Under the pieces are notes generated by a model. The model ran no database searches. It was not told the origin of the DNA and worked only from the letters and a program-made list of their open reading frames with translations. Source: the human T2T-CHM13v2.0 reference genome, Homo sapiens. Taken from it: a stretch of 64,000 nucleotides of DNA. How positions within the stretch are numbered: the stretch's first letter is position 1; every line of letters starts with the position of its first letter. Shown here piece by piece: positions 42,278 through 55,677 of the stretch. Both the position numbers and the translations under genes were made by a program. The DNA is taken from the NCBI RefSeq assembly GCF_009914755.1, contig NC_060941.1, one strand, 5' to 3'.

Positions 42278-43160
42278 AAGATTTATAAATGAAAGTGCAT
42301 ATGCAAGTAGAAAAAAAAGTCTAAAGACATGGCAGTGTTTTCTTTCCTCCACAGGTCATTTTATAAGTTAGATTTGCTCTAGAAATTATTACTTTGTTTT
42401 ATGCCATTTGGACATTTATTTATTTAACCAACACTTATGTGATCACAACATACTCAGGACTGTTCTAAGTAAGCACTTTAGAAATATGAGCATATCTAAC
42501 TCAGGGTTTTCTTTCCCTTCCTTTGTGATTTTCAAATAAACTTTTTAATAAAGTCTAATACACATACAGAAAAGTGCATATATTGGGTGCTACAGCTCGC
42601 TTCTTCCTTTCTTTTGAACCCAATAGTTTAATCAATAACCACCCAGGTCACAGCCACACCATATACTGCCAGACAGGTAAACCCAACCCATCTGTCCCTC
42701 ACTGCCTCTGGCCTCCTGCCTGGTTCTCAATGGTGGCAGAGGAAGTGCTACTCAGTGCCTGCTGACCAGGCTTGCCACACCCAGAGCCCGGCTGGCCAAG
42801 GCTCTGCCACAGGTGGCAGCTTCTCCCTAACCTGCTTACCAAGGCCACCTGCCAGCTGTGTGTGCACAGCTATTTTCCATGGGGGAAAAAGCATCTAGAT
42901 TCCTTTCTTCCTTTCAATCTGGATGCATTAGGGTTTCTAGATGCTCTCAGATGGCCCCCCACCTCCCCAGCCAGAGTATATATCCACCTTTTAACCAAGG
43001 ATATAAAAAGCCCTCTGAATCTCCAGTCAATTCCAACACAAATGCACCATCTCTCCTGCAATCCTTTTCATTTGCGGCTTGCAGGGGGTGGGAAATTAGG
43101 CAATTCTTGTAAAGCATAGGCACACATCACCCAGAGGCACAGTTTGCCAATAAAACTCAC

Positions 43161-43333
43161 CCGGCCAAACAGCGTAACCCCTTCTTCCAAGCAGATTTCT
43201 TTGCAGCCAAATGCAAGGGATGTTAAGGCAAGACCCTCCCCACAGGGCAGTCAGAGACCCGCAGCCGACAGACTAAGCCTGCAGCTTCCAACCAGGCTCC
43301 CCGAGATGTTCCCTGGTGGTGCTCCCTGTAACT
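43161..43333 (-). other. PMP22: PMP22 non-coding exon 1A (Schwann-cell P1 transcript)
   Basis: AGTTACAGGGAGCACC...CTGTTTGGCCGG followed by donor GTGAGT (43155-43160); no upstream ATG; recognised as the PMP22 mRNA leader. Confidence 0.9.
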
Positions 43334-43480
43334 GAAGCCAGACCAGGCGTCTTTCCAGTTTATTCAGGGGCTGGTCCAATGCTGGGATATGTCATGGTGG
43401 CCTGAGAGGTTCTCAGCCTCTATTATTTAAAGAGACAGTGTCCAACTTTGTTTGCTTTCCAGAATACAATAATCCCAAGA
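43334..43480 (-). promoter_or_regulatory. PMP22 P1 core promoter
   Basis: TATA-like TGAATAAA (tttatt 43359-43364, about -30), inverted CCAAT 43376-43380, AT-rich box 43421-43431, SOX-like CTTTGT 43446 and ACAAT 43466. Confidence 0.8.
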
Positions 43481-44747
43481 GGCCCTGCAGGGCATGGAGA
43501 AACTGGAATCAGAAGGGAGAAGAGCTTTGAGTATGCCTGAAGCCTGTGATGCCAAGACTGTTCTCTCTGGAAGTGCCAACCTGTGTAATAGCCAAGAGGT
43601 CCCACTGGCTCCCCTCCCCTCCCAGTGAATTCTGCAGAGATTAAATATACTGTGGGAAGGATCTGTGTCTACAGTGTTACATACGTGCAGGTAAGTTTTA
43701 TTTTAAATAAACTTCCTTTTAAGGAGCCCAAACATTGCACAGCTAATCTCTCACAGCATCACAGCAGTGAGCCAAATGTCTCAAGAGTCACCAAATCAAG
43801 CCTCCTTTGTTCCAACCCCTGGTTGGAAGGACTCCCTGTTACCTGCCTTGTCTGCCTAGACCCCATCGCAAATGATCACATGTGTTGTACATTAGAATAA
43901 AACTTAGGGAAATGTGTTCTTCCGACTCTGTCTTTAATGTGCCCGAATCAAGCTGACCTTCATGAGATAATTCAATGCAAGTAAACGAACCTCTATTGAA
44001 AACTATTGAAAACTTTCTAACCTGTCAGGCAGAATAGGCTGGAAGAGCAATTGGAAATTCTTGGAGAGGGAAGTAAAGGAAGTTATGGCATATTTAGGTT
44101 CTTTGCAGCGTACCACTCCAGCTCCCAGAGAGTCCTCCATCCCTTGAACCGCTTCTAGCTGCAAACTCTGACACAAGAGGACTGGTTTCATTGCATGAGT
44201 TTCCTGGAATTCTGGCACTTGGGGCATAAGACTTCCTCTTGTGTTAGGGATCCCCAGTCTGGAGAGACCTGCAGAATTTGGAGGAGTCCCTCCCTGTCAC
44301 ACACTTTACGTTTGATTGGACTCTCCAGTCACAAGGGCCTCTCAATGGCCCTCTCCCCTGTTCTGCCCACAGCCAGCATCTGCTCACAGCCAGCATCACA
44401 GCCAGTGCCAATAAAATAGTTTCACCTTTCTCTCTTTGCTGAAATCATTTTTATTTTTCACAGCAGTGGTTCTTTAGAATCACTCAAGAGCTTTGCAAAT
44501 GACCTAGCCTGGGCCATGGTCAGAGAAGCTGACTCAGGTGTTTTGGGATGGGGCTCAGGTATGGGTAATTTCCAGTGTCTTTCTCCCCGCTGGATGTTTC
44601 GTTGTCCAGCCAGGTTGTCATGTGGAGTTAGATTGTCGCTGATTTCCTTCCAGCTCCCTTCTGTTGTGGAACCCAAATGGAGATGAGGTACAGTGTGGGC
44701 TGCTGCAGTATTATGCAAGTTATAAGTCTGTTCTGCCAGGCAAAACG

Positions 44748-44821
44748 GTGTGTGTGTGTGCGCGTGTATCTGTGTGTGTGTGTGTGCGCGTGTGCGTGTG
44801 TGTGACAGAGAGAGAGAGAGA
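44748..44821. repeat. (TG/CG)n followed by (AG)n microsatellite
   Basis: Directly visible, ~1.4 kb upstream of P1. Confidence 0.93.
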
Positions 44822-45659
44822 GGAGCCTCCCTCAGTCCTCCTCTGACATGGTCTGTACGGGGACTGGGAACAGTGAGCATGGTTTTTGCAGCCTCTCCAG
44901 ACAGTCTTTTCCTGGGTACTGCCATGATCAGCTCCAAAGGCTACACGACAGAGGCTGCTGTCCGTCAGGCCAGGATCAAGCCTGAAGACACGTAAGATTA
45001 TTTCTGATCTAAGAGCTAAAGATTCAGAGGAAAAGGGGTAGGGCCTGGTGAGTGTGGGGCATGGCTTCTGGCCAGATAGGAGCAGTCTGATTAGCCCTCC
45101 CTCTCTCCTTCCATGAGCTCCACATTCTGAGACCTGCTCTCTTGGCCTCACGTCTCTTTTGCCCAGGTCCTCCATCTCCAGCAGCCAAACCCCGAAGTCC
45201 CTGTTGGCTGTCAGCAGTAGAGCTGTTCACTGTTGTGTGCCACTGGCCCTGTCTACCAGATGCCAACACACTTGTCTTTACCCATCTGGGCCAGACTCTC
45301 TTCCCTTCCCAGAGTCAGGTGAGGAAAACTCCTTCCTCGTCTCCCATTTCCAATAACCTTTTCTCAGCCAAATGGGACCCCTATCCCATGCATCTGTGTT
45401 GAGCAATGTCTCTGCAAAGCTGTAGGCTATATCCCACTGAGCCTCTTGCAAAATAAACACATAGAATAGTCACCAAATAACATTTATTATTATTTGCTAT
45501 CCTCCCTTCCATTTACAGATAGGAAAAATGAGAATCGGGATTCTCTGAGGAAACACAGTTGAGTCAATGAGACTGGCTATTTCTAGCACCTGAGCTGTTC
45601 TGCTACACCACGCTCCATCGGCTCAGTAGCATCAGTTATCCGCAAGTCCTTGATAATGA

Positions 45660-45910
45660 TGATAATAGGTTATATTTACTTCGTGTTTAGCATATGCCAG
45701 GCACCATCTTGAATATTTTATATGCATCAAATCACTTAATCCTCACAACCGTATGAAATAGGCACCCCATCATCCTCTTTTAGAAGAGGGAGAAACTGAG
45801 GCACAGCGAGATGTTCAGTCACTTTCTCAAGACACACTGCAAAGAAATGACAGAGGCTGGATTCCAACCAGGCATTCTGGCTACAGATCCCGTACTCACA
45901 GCCTGGACTA
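45660..45910 (-). mobile_element. MIR SINE
   Basis: ttaatcctcacaac...gaaactgaggcacag...ggattccaaccaggca. Confidence 0.72.
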
Positions 45911-46809
45911 TCTCACATTCTACCGTGCCCCTAATTGTGCCCAGCACGTTCCTAGCATATCTTCTCATCATGCTTCCATAGACACTATCATTTAATGTCC
46001 TATTTGTATGAAAGATATTCTCACATTATACATATTTATGCATTCACGTTTCTTTTTCCATTAAAAAGCAAGAACATATCCTAAGACATCCATTTTTTTT
46101 TCAGCACCAGTCACATTTAGTACAGCTTTCAAGAATCCTGTCTCATCCTGCCAACAAGGCTGTGTGCTCCTCCGAGGACATTTGCATTCCATATGTCTGT
46201 ATAGCATAAGCACTGGCAGAATCCTGCCTGTAGGTGAGATTTTAATTTCATAAGAATGAAATGTTGTCCATGACAGTGGAATCCCAGCAGACTCTTGAAG
46301 AGGGAGGAAACCCTTCCGCACTTTATAGCTAATAAAATGCTGTTAACATATGGCAGTATCTTATTTAAGAGGAATCATTATAATCATTTTCTATGTGAAG
46401 AAACTGAGGCTTGGAAAATTTACAGTGTTTCCTCCAGGGACTAGCTAGTGAATGCCAGGGCTGGGGCTTAAAAAAGTCCATTCCTCTGACTCCCAAACCT
46501 GTAATTTTTTCACTGTGCAGGCTCCCCAGAGAGAAAACCAGAGGCAAGTCTGAATTTGGTGTTTGTCCAGGTGATGAAGTTGTTGTTGCAGCATCTATCC
46601 CACCAGGTGCTCAGTCAATATCTGAAAAGTGTTTACACTAAGAATGAAGTCTTTCCTGTGTCCTCATAGCCAGCAGCCTGTGTGGGAGTTCTTGGCCAGC
46701 CCTGGACACAGCTGGCCTGGAAGGGTCCTCAAAAGTCAGTCCTGCCTCATCTAGACTCAGCTAGACTGTTTTGATGTCGAGTGAGAGCAGCTTGTTGAAA
46801 GAACAAGCA

Positions 46810-46970
46810 AGGCAGGGAAAGAAGGCAGAGGGGAAGGAAGGAAGGAAGGAAGGAAAGAGGGAGGGAGGGAGGAAGGAAGGAAGGAAGGAAAGATGGAAGG
46901 AGAGAGGGAGGGAGGGAGATATAGATAGGAAGAGGGGAGGGAAGAGAAGGAGAAGGGAGAAGAAAAGGAA
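46810..46970. repeat. Purine-rich (GGAA/GGGA)n low-complexity tract
   Basis: ~160 nt of almost exclusively G/A on the + strand. Confidence 0.92.
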
Positions 46971-49900
46971 CAGAAGGAGCCAGTTTGACTTCTGTGACAG
47001 AATCTTCTACAAATAAGCAAGTTTGAAATTATGACAGGTCCCAATCCCTAGAAGATATTCTTTATGAACAACACAGACGCAGTCAGAAAGCAACATAAAG
47101 ACACACACAAAAAAAAACTCACATTGGCACAGGACTGTTCCCTAAATGACATCTTTAAAATATAGAAAGGTATCTTGGAGTAAATTGTATATTAACTCCT
47201 TCACCTGTGGGAGAGAGAAGTCACAGAATTATTATGTTGTGGCAGTGGGACCAGACCAAGTACAAAGGATTCTCTGTTCACAAATGCATTGTTGCTTAGG
47301 AAAGCCAGATTCCACAGATGCAAGTGGAGGGGGGAAAGCAGTCTTTTCTCTGACATCTCATGAGTTAGCAGCTAGAGGATTGGGGAGCAATTTAAGCAAG
47401 AGTCAGAAATGGATGTGTACTTGGGATTGCAAACTCTAAAACTTTTCTAAGACTGTTTACTCCTAAGTGAAAATGCTTCTGCTCCAGTAGGGCATAGGTT
47501 CAAATAAAATGGGGAAGCAGAGCAATCTTGCCACACGGGAATGGACGGAATGGGGAGGAATGCAGGGATTTTCTAGGCCACTGCAGACCAGGCATAGAAA
47601 TGTCGAGAAAAGCAGCCTTGGCTTGATGTGAGAGATTGTCCTTATTGAGAGAGGTGCACAGGAAGGCCCATGTAACCCAAGGAAATGCCTGCTTCAGGCA
47701 GTCGAAGCCACACCAAGAAATGGAGCATTAATCTCCAGCAAGGACGAGGTGAACGCAAACGGTCCTGGATGGGACCCTGGGAGGACAAGCCCCACGACGC
47801 ATCATAGTCCCCACAATGCATCATTCTGTGTGCACTTCTGAGCCTAGGGAGCACCAGTTGTACTTAAAATGAACTGGAGACCAGATGTTTTCTTCATCTC
47901 TGAGTTCCTGCACCACTTATCAAGTGTGAAACCTCAGCTAATCCAGGGAAGTTCACAGACAAAGGTCAAATCCTTTCGAGACGTTCAAGGGAAAGCCGGG
48001 CAAAACTTCAAGAATGTTTACTCTTCATTGTTAGACTAGGAAATATCTAATCTAGAGGGTTTCAGTGGTAAGCCTGGGCCTCATATAATTGTTTTACTTT
48101 AAATTTTGGGCTCAGAAATTAAAATTCTAGAAATGTATCTTTAGAAAGTCATGGATATGCAAAAATTTGGCTATAATGGTATTCATAGCCAAATAAAGGT
48201 GATATGTTTTATAACAAAGAAAAGTGTGAACATCCTAAATCTCAAAGACTAGAGGAATGATTGAGTAACTTTTGGTACAGTCATAAGATGAAATATTATG
48301 TAAGTATTAAAAAATAATGTCCAAGAAGAATGTTTAATGAAATGAAGAGCCATTCGTGATGGATACAAAATAGCACACCTATAATTTGTTGAGCACTGGC
48401 TATGTGCCAGGCACTGTGCTAACCCTCTCATTAAATACCTCCAACAATCCCACGAGGGGAGAACTGCCGTGACCCCCAAGACACCCACACAGTGAGAAAA
48501 TGGTGGAGCCAATATATAAACTTTGACCACTTGAAGCCAAGACCCCAGGTTCTTGACCACTAAATGCCACCAAATGTACAGTCTTTGAGTACCACTGTGA
48601 CAAAAATGAAAGTAAAACTGAAAGAATGCGAAGACTGAAGAATGCAATATGACAGAATTTGTTCAACACTGTGTCTCCAAGTTCTAACATTAAATGGGAG
48701 AAATAACTGCATGGAGCTGAACACATAACAGGATTCATTGTGACGAGCGATCGCACATCTCAGCCTTGTGCCTCCATCATAAGGAGTCTGTGACTCTGTA
48801 ACTTCGGTGTAGGAAACGCACACTGCGTCAACCCCAGGGAGGCACTGGGAGGGCCACGAGCCAGGTCTTGCTTCATCTTTTGCACTGACCCCAAGTGGAG
48901 TCACTCCAGGCACAGAGGTGGTATGGCAGTATTGGAATAAGCTGTGCATCTTACAATGTTGATGGTAAAATGCAGGCATTTATATAGACCATGAGTTTAA
49001 TAACTGTACCTTATACTTATTTAAATACATTGGGAGATTAAGAAAAATAAAAGGAAAAAAGAGAAGTGGTTTTGAAGTTTCTTGGTCTTGAGGGAGCCTG
49101 AATGAGCCAACAGTTCATTGGTTTAGTTATGTGACTTTAAATATGAGAATCCCTCCAACCCACAGCAAGAGCATGGTCAGACATGTGGTTCAGATGAGTA
49201 AAACTGCACTGACATTTATGGTCAATTTGACCGAGGGAGAAAACTCTCATGGTTTCCAATGGTCTATCACCTACTGCATTGCCTTCTTTCTCAGAATCCC
49301 TCTCCCTCTTGCTTTCCCTACCCTCCCTCCCTTTACCTCTCTCTATCCCCTTCCATTTTTTTTCCCTCTCTCTCTCTCACGTTCCAGCCTCACAATGTGA
49401 AACCATAATGAAACCGCAATCACTTGACTATCTGAATTCTATGTTTTTGTGAGCTCCTTGATTATTGGGAGACCCCAGGTCATTTTCGAATTCCTCATCC
49501 CAGCAAAATGTTTCTGCCCATCCTCCCCAGGGGACAGTCCCCATGCTCTCCTGCTTTACTCCTGTCTAATCTTGGATCATTTAACCTGCAACTGTGTCTT
49601 GGGAATCGCTAGGAGGAAACACGATTACAAAGCATTTTCTAAATGTATGGGACCATGGAATTTTTATTCCCAGGTTACCTCCAAGACTTAGGTTCCACGG
49701 ACCTCACTGTTGGAAACATTGGGCTCCACGATTCTAGTCTCTAACCATGGAGGCGAGCTGACGACAGTCACTTCAGGAAATGAAAAGGCAGATTTGAAGG
49801 CAGGAGGTAGAGGCTTAAGGACTCCAGGCCAGCGAAGAGGGAACAGAAAACATCCATAGAAGCCAACATTGAAGAGAAATGCCAAAGAAGTGTGTTGCTG

Positions 49901-51494
49901 TGATTCTGAGTAAGGAGGTGGGTGGATGTGGTCTGAGGTCATGTGGTTCTCCACAGGAGAGACATCGTTCCCAGTGGGGCTCAGGCTCTCCCTCGTCATA
50001 TGTTTATTTCCCATTTGGGGAAGAACACAGTGATTCAATTCAGGGAGTGACCTTGTCACAGTCTTTGGAAGAACTGCCCAGAACCCAGGTAAGGCATTCT
50101 ATAAATGAGCCCACGATGGCCTCTGGGTATTGACCACTTGGTAGTTTATTTCTTCACAGCAGGCTGGGAACCATCAGCTCAAAAGCCCACTGGCCTCAAA
50201 TTCAAATTTTTACACATCCAGTTATTCTTAAAGTAGCTCAAACAAGCAGCCTTGTTAGCAGCTTGGAACCTGCCTGCTTTGCATGCCCCATGAAATCTTA
50301 CTCGCATCGGCTGCCCTGGATACCATAGAGCCTTGTGGCTCTAAGACTCCAAGCTGCTATGGCCCTTCGGAGCTTTCTGACCTGGAGACTCCTCACCACA
50401 CTGCTGAGTGACGTTGGTATCACCTAAACTAATAAGCCCTGTCTCCATGTCTCCCTGCCCCAGGAGTTCCCTTTTCTCTTTAGCTTTCTCCATAGTGGCC
50501 CCTGAAAGATCCCCAGCTGTGAAGGATTTTCCCCATCCTGAAACCCTGTCCAAGGCCCACCAATAAAGTTTGTTGTAATTTATTGCCTCTTATTGTCTTC
50601 TTTTCTGATCAGATCCCTTCCTGGAACAAATCCCCACATATGGACCGGGAGGGGTGGGATGCAGAGGAACCTGGAGATGGGCACAGAAGCCCAGCAAGGC
50701 CGCCACCATCTGTACATGAGGGAGGGGCAGGAAATCCTCCAGAGAAATGGAAGCATCCTGGTGGCCTCATTACACAGGCCTTCCCAGCTTCCTCACGTCA
50801 CCCAGGGAAGAGTTTCTTCCAAAGAACCCAGGGGAAAGTGGTTCATGTGGATTGCTAGGGATACACCCCCAACTGGAAGGCCTTGTGAAAAAACCTTCAC
50901 CCCGCAAGCTGAGAGCGAAGACTTGTTAGGAGGCTGAATGCATGGACTTCTCAGCCTTGGAGCTATATCAAATAACCTGGTGCCTCAGCCCGTGCATAAG
51001 CCCAGTGGCAGTCCACATGGTATGCTCCCACTCAGGGGACTGAGAGACCCCTTTTCACCCAACAATTTCAGTGTCTGATTATCAATCCTTACCTTTTCCA
51101 CACAATGTTATGTGCAAATACCTCAATAGAACCCAATCTGGCAGGTCTCTTCTTAATAATTGCACATTGAAATGTCTGTTCGTCATCTAGGCCAGCGGTT
51201 TCTTGTATAAAGGAAACAAAAGTCATATAATTCCTTTTACTAAGGTCACTGACCTTTGCAGCTTCTTCCACGATGAGAGAGTAAACAGAAGATGACTAAG
51301 TGTTTTTGACATCCAAAGTCACCCACAGCCAGAACCAGAGTCTGGGAGAAGTGTATTTTGGACATCGTGACCTCAACTATGTGAAGGAAAGGAAAACTGA
51401 AGTCCTTTTAAAATAATATTCATTCAATAGATATTTATTGAGCAACAGCTACAGGCTAAAAGCAAACATCACACAGCCTCTTCAGTCTTTATTA

Positions 51495-51985
51495 GCATGC
51501 AAAACTAGCCCCAAATGCTCCCCACCCCTGTAAGGATGCCCCCTTGTGATGTGACATTTCTGCTCCCTTCATCAAGAGGTGAAGTCTGATTCCTCCACTC
51601 TTTGAGTCTGGACCTGGCCATGTGACCTCCTTTAGCGAATGGGACATTAACAGTGTGACACAAGCAGAGGCTTTAAAAGAACATTCTCATTGGGATTTGC
51701 TCTGTTGCTCCTGGGGACCCTTCCACCATCATCTGAGCAAGGCTGGACAAGCCACTGGATATTGACAGGCAACACTGAGAGAGATCTGAACTGCCTGTGC
51801 CATCCCAGCTGAGGTCCTAGACACATGAGCCACCACAGCAGAGAATAGCTGTGCCTGATCTAGACCAGAATGGATGCCAAATAAAGCCCAGCTACCCCTC
51901 AATATTGTGAAAAGGAGTAATTTGTTGTGTTAAGACACACTAAGTTTTGGGGTGGTTTGTTACCCAGCAAACACTAACTGATACA
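51495..51985 (+). mobile_element. MLT1-type (MaLR) LTR
   Basis: cttcatcaagaggtgaagtctg...ctaagttttggggtggtttgttacccagc...aactgataca. Confidence 0.75.
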
Positions 51986-52773
51986 TTAACAATCCTGGAC
52001 TTTGGGTTAGACACCAAATGCATTAGATTTGCAAATAGGTCTCTATGCCAGCAGGGGCAGAGGTGATTATCCCTGGCGGTAGCAAATTGACTTCCACTTG
52101 TTCCACTGGTTGTCTGGGACCTGAAAATGGACTGTAATAGTTGGCTCAGTTTCATCTCTAAAGGAGGAGAGTGGTTAAGGCCAGAGAGATTGAGAAGATT
52201 CCTGGAGTTCTTTGGGAGTCACTTGACTCTATAGAGACTCTCAGGCATTTTCTGAGAGTCTTGTGGTTCTCTGGAGAACGCTATGGATCTGTAGAGAGTC
52301 CCATAGATTTGTGGAGTGCTCTGAGGTATAGTGTCGAGGAGGACTTCTCAAACCAACTGGGGTGAAGCACTGTGTTTGTTTGTTCTTTATTTCTAATTCA
52401 TCACAGTCAGTGACATGACCTACAGGCGGGCCATGGGAGATGGAACATGCCCACTATCATGCACTTGGATGCCACGACAACATCAAATTTCTATCAAATG
52501 TTCTAAAGTTTTATTCTCACTGTCTGTACTCATTTCACCACAGCCCTTTAAAAGTTTGTGAATTGGCACTGGTCCCATGTGGGAACAACACTTTGAGTAG
52601 CTTTGCTGTAGAAAGAGCTGAGGAGGGGCCTCTAAGTATACAGCCCCAGGCCTAGAACCATGAACTCCCAAAAGTGAAATGAGCTTGACCATTAACATTT
52701 TTCTTTGAACACTGAACCAATATGCCATTTCTTCAGTGCCCAATGCAAGACCTATGGAAAATCAGATAACAGG

Positions 52774-53141
52774 TGTATTTGTCTGTTTTCATGCTGCTGT
52801 TAAAGACATACTGAGACTAGAAAATTTACAAAAATGAGAAGTTTATTGGACTTACAGTTCCACATGTCTGGAGAGGCCTCACAATCATGGCAGAAGGCAA
52901 GGAGGAGCAAGTCACATCTTTCATGGATGGCAGCAGGCAAAGAGAGAGAGCTTGTGCAGGGAAACTCCCGTCTTTAAAACCATCAGATCTTGTGAGGATC
53001 CATTCACTATCATGAGAACGGCATGGGAAAGACCCACCCCCATGATTCAGTCATCTCCCACTGGGTCCCTTCCATAACATGTGGGAATTATGGGAGCTAC
53101 AAAATGAGATTTAGGTGGGGACACAGAGCCAAACCATATCA
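52774..53141 (-). mobile_element. THE1 solo LTR (THE1B-D like)
   Basis: Minus strand begins TGATATGGTTTGGC and ends AATACA; perfect 5-bp TSD acagg at 52769-52773 and 53142-53146. Confidence 0.92.
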
Positions 53142-53454
53142 ACAGGAAAACGTTTATAAAGAACAGAACATTTACTTCAGAAGGGCACTGAGTAATAATA
53201 ATAACTCTCATCATTTAGCACCTCATTGGCTAGAAAAAGTAGTTGGGGTAGGAAGCATTATTCCGTAGCCATCCGTGAGCCACAGTCTTTTTTTTAATAA
53301 TATTTTTAATATATACTATTCTTTTGAGTGTGGACATATTTGTAATCCATACAAATGATATTGTGCTCTAAGACCTCATCGTTTTTCATTTTTATTCAAC
53401 ACTGCTTCTGAAATCTAACCATGTTGCTATGTGTACATCTAGTTCAAGTTTCTT

Positions 53455-53901
53455 TCTATTATTATTACTATGATACTTTAAGTTCTAGGGTACATGTGCA
53501 CAACGTGCCAGTTTGTTACATATGTATACGTGTGCCATGTTGGTGTGCTGCACCCATTAACTCATCATTTACATTAGGTATAGCTCCTAATGCTATCCTT
53601 CCCCCCTCCCCCTATCCCATGACAGGCCCCGGTGCGTGATGTTCCCCACCCTGTGTCCAAGTGTTCTCATTGTTCAATTCCCATCTATGAGTGAGAACAT
53701 ATGGTGTTTGGTTTTCTGTCTTTGCGATAGTTTGCTCAGAATGATGGTTTCCAGCTTCATCCATGTCCCTACAAAGGACATGAACTCATCCTTTTTTATG
53801 GCTGCATAGTATTCCATGGTGCATATGTGCCACATTTTCTTAATCCAGTCTATCATTGATGGATATTTGGGTTGGTTCCAAGTCTTTGCTATTGTGAATA
53901 G
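53455..53901 (-). mobile_element. L1PA 3' end fragment (5'-truncated)
   Basis: tactttaagttctagggtacatgtgcacaacgtg...; ORF2 C-terminus ([22 protein letters not shown]) in ORF 53674-53922. Confidence 0.92.
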
Positions 53902-54957
53902 GAGCCACAGTCTTGATGACAAGGTTGATCAAGTGCCAGTTCGTCCCTGAAAGCTGGTACAAGGAGTGCTGGCGAGGGCTGCTCAAGGAGCCACAGAAAT
54001 GACCCCCCAGTGCTGGCTGGAGTTCTCATCCACTTTGTTCTCTGTACTCCAGCTGAGCCCTTTCACCAATATGGCTCTACCCTCTCTGGGCTCTATGGGC
54101 CACACTAAGTACTTGTCAGGGAGGAAAAAGGCCCATCGCAGGATTTGTTGATAAACATGTAAAAGGACTCTAAAGGGTCTAAGAAGTTGTGCAATAAAAA
54201 CAACAAAGTAGAACAAAATAAAAACCTGTTTATGGCCTGTTTCTTAGCCAATTAAGATCCTTTTTTCCTGTAACCCAAAAGGTAGCATGATGGTGCTTTG
54301 AACTATGTCCCAGTACATTTTCCCTTCTAGGTGATGGGTGGGTTACTACTCATGGTTTCTCTACCTTCAGACCCTGGCACTGGCATTCTAACCCTGGAAA
54401 TTCTCTTGTGACCTCCATCTGCTCTTTATCTCCCTGACTCTCATTTGTCCTCTAGGTCTCAGGTTGTTATTTTTTGGAAAGTTCTTAAACTCCCTGAAAG
54501 GACTGGTTACTAATCCGTCTCTTGTATTCTTACAGCACCCCACGCTTCCCCACAAAAAGCACAATGTATTAGACCTGAGTTGTCTTTTTATTTGTCTGTC
54601 TTCTGCACTAGTCTCTGAATTGGGCAAAAACACCATTTCTGACTCATACCACATGCTCCATAGATGGCTGCAAAATCATAAAAGTAAATTTTAACCTTAT
54701 AGTTCTGGGCAGAAGGTAAGTGGCTCAGCATGTCACAGAAATAAACCCTTGGCCAAAGTTTTGTTGCATGTGTTTTCGTCCCACAAAACTGCAAATATCA
54801 CAATCCTGTCACATGACATGAAAGAGATTGTGTGCCTGGGAGCCTGTGCCAAGCTGTTCTTCACCCGGAGGGAGCCCTCAACTGAGATGGGGTGGGGGAC
54901 CCCAGGCTGACTGCTGACCTCAGTCATAGCTGGACCTAGAGGACTGGAAGTGAGTGA

Positions 54958-55337
<380 letters not shown>

Positions 55338-55677
55338 TGACATACCTAGATTTTTAACACTTCTCAATGTCATTGCTGGAGAGTCATTTTTAGGTTAGGA
55401 ATACTAAAATGAGCATGATTCAGTTTATCCAAAGTTTTGGGATAAAGATGAGATGTGGAGGGAGAAGGCTGGAAGGAGGCATTGCTTAGGGACAGTGCGG
55501 GTTCCTACCCAGGTGTGTTCTAGCAGGCTGGGGAGAGCAGAAGGCAGCTGGTGCTTGAATAAGGGGTACCAGGAGCAAGTAGAAGGAAGATGTTGAGAAA
55601 ATTTAGTGAGTACCAAAATGTGCTAAGCCCTAAGCGTATCACACACTGTTTCTTGCATTCTTCAGAGTAGCCATACA

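Noticed and set aside
50561-50585. Inverted CAATAAA...TTTATTG, a possible bidirectional poly(A) signal
   Set aside because: Short AT-rich match with no supported transcript; chance or LTR remnant.
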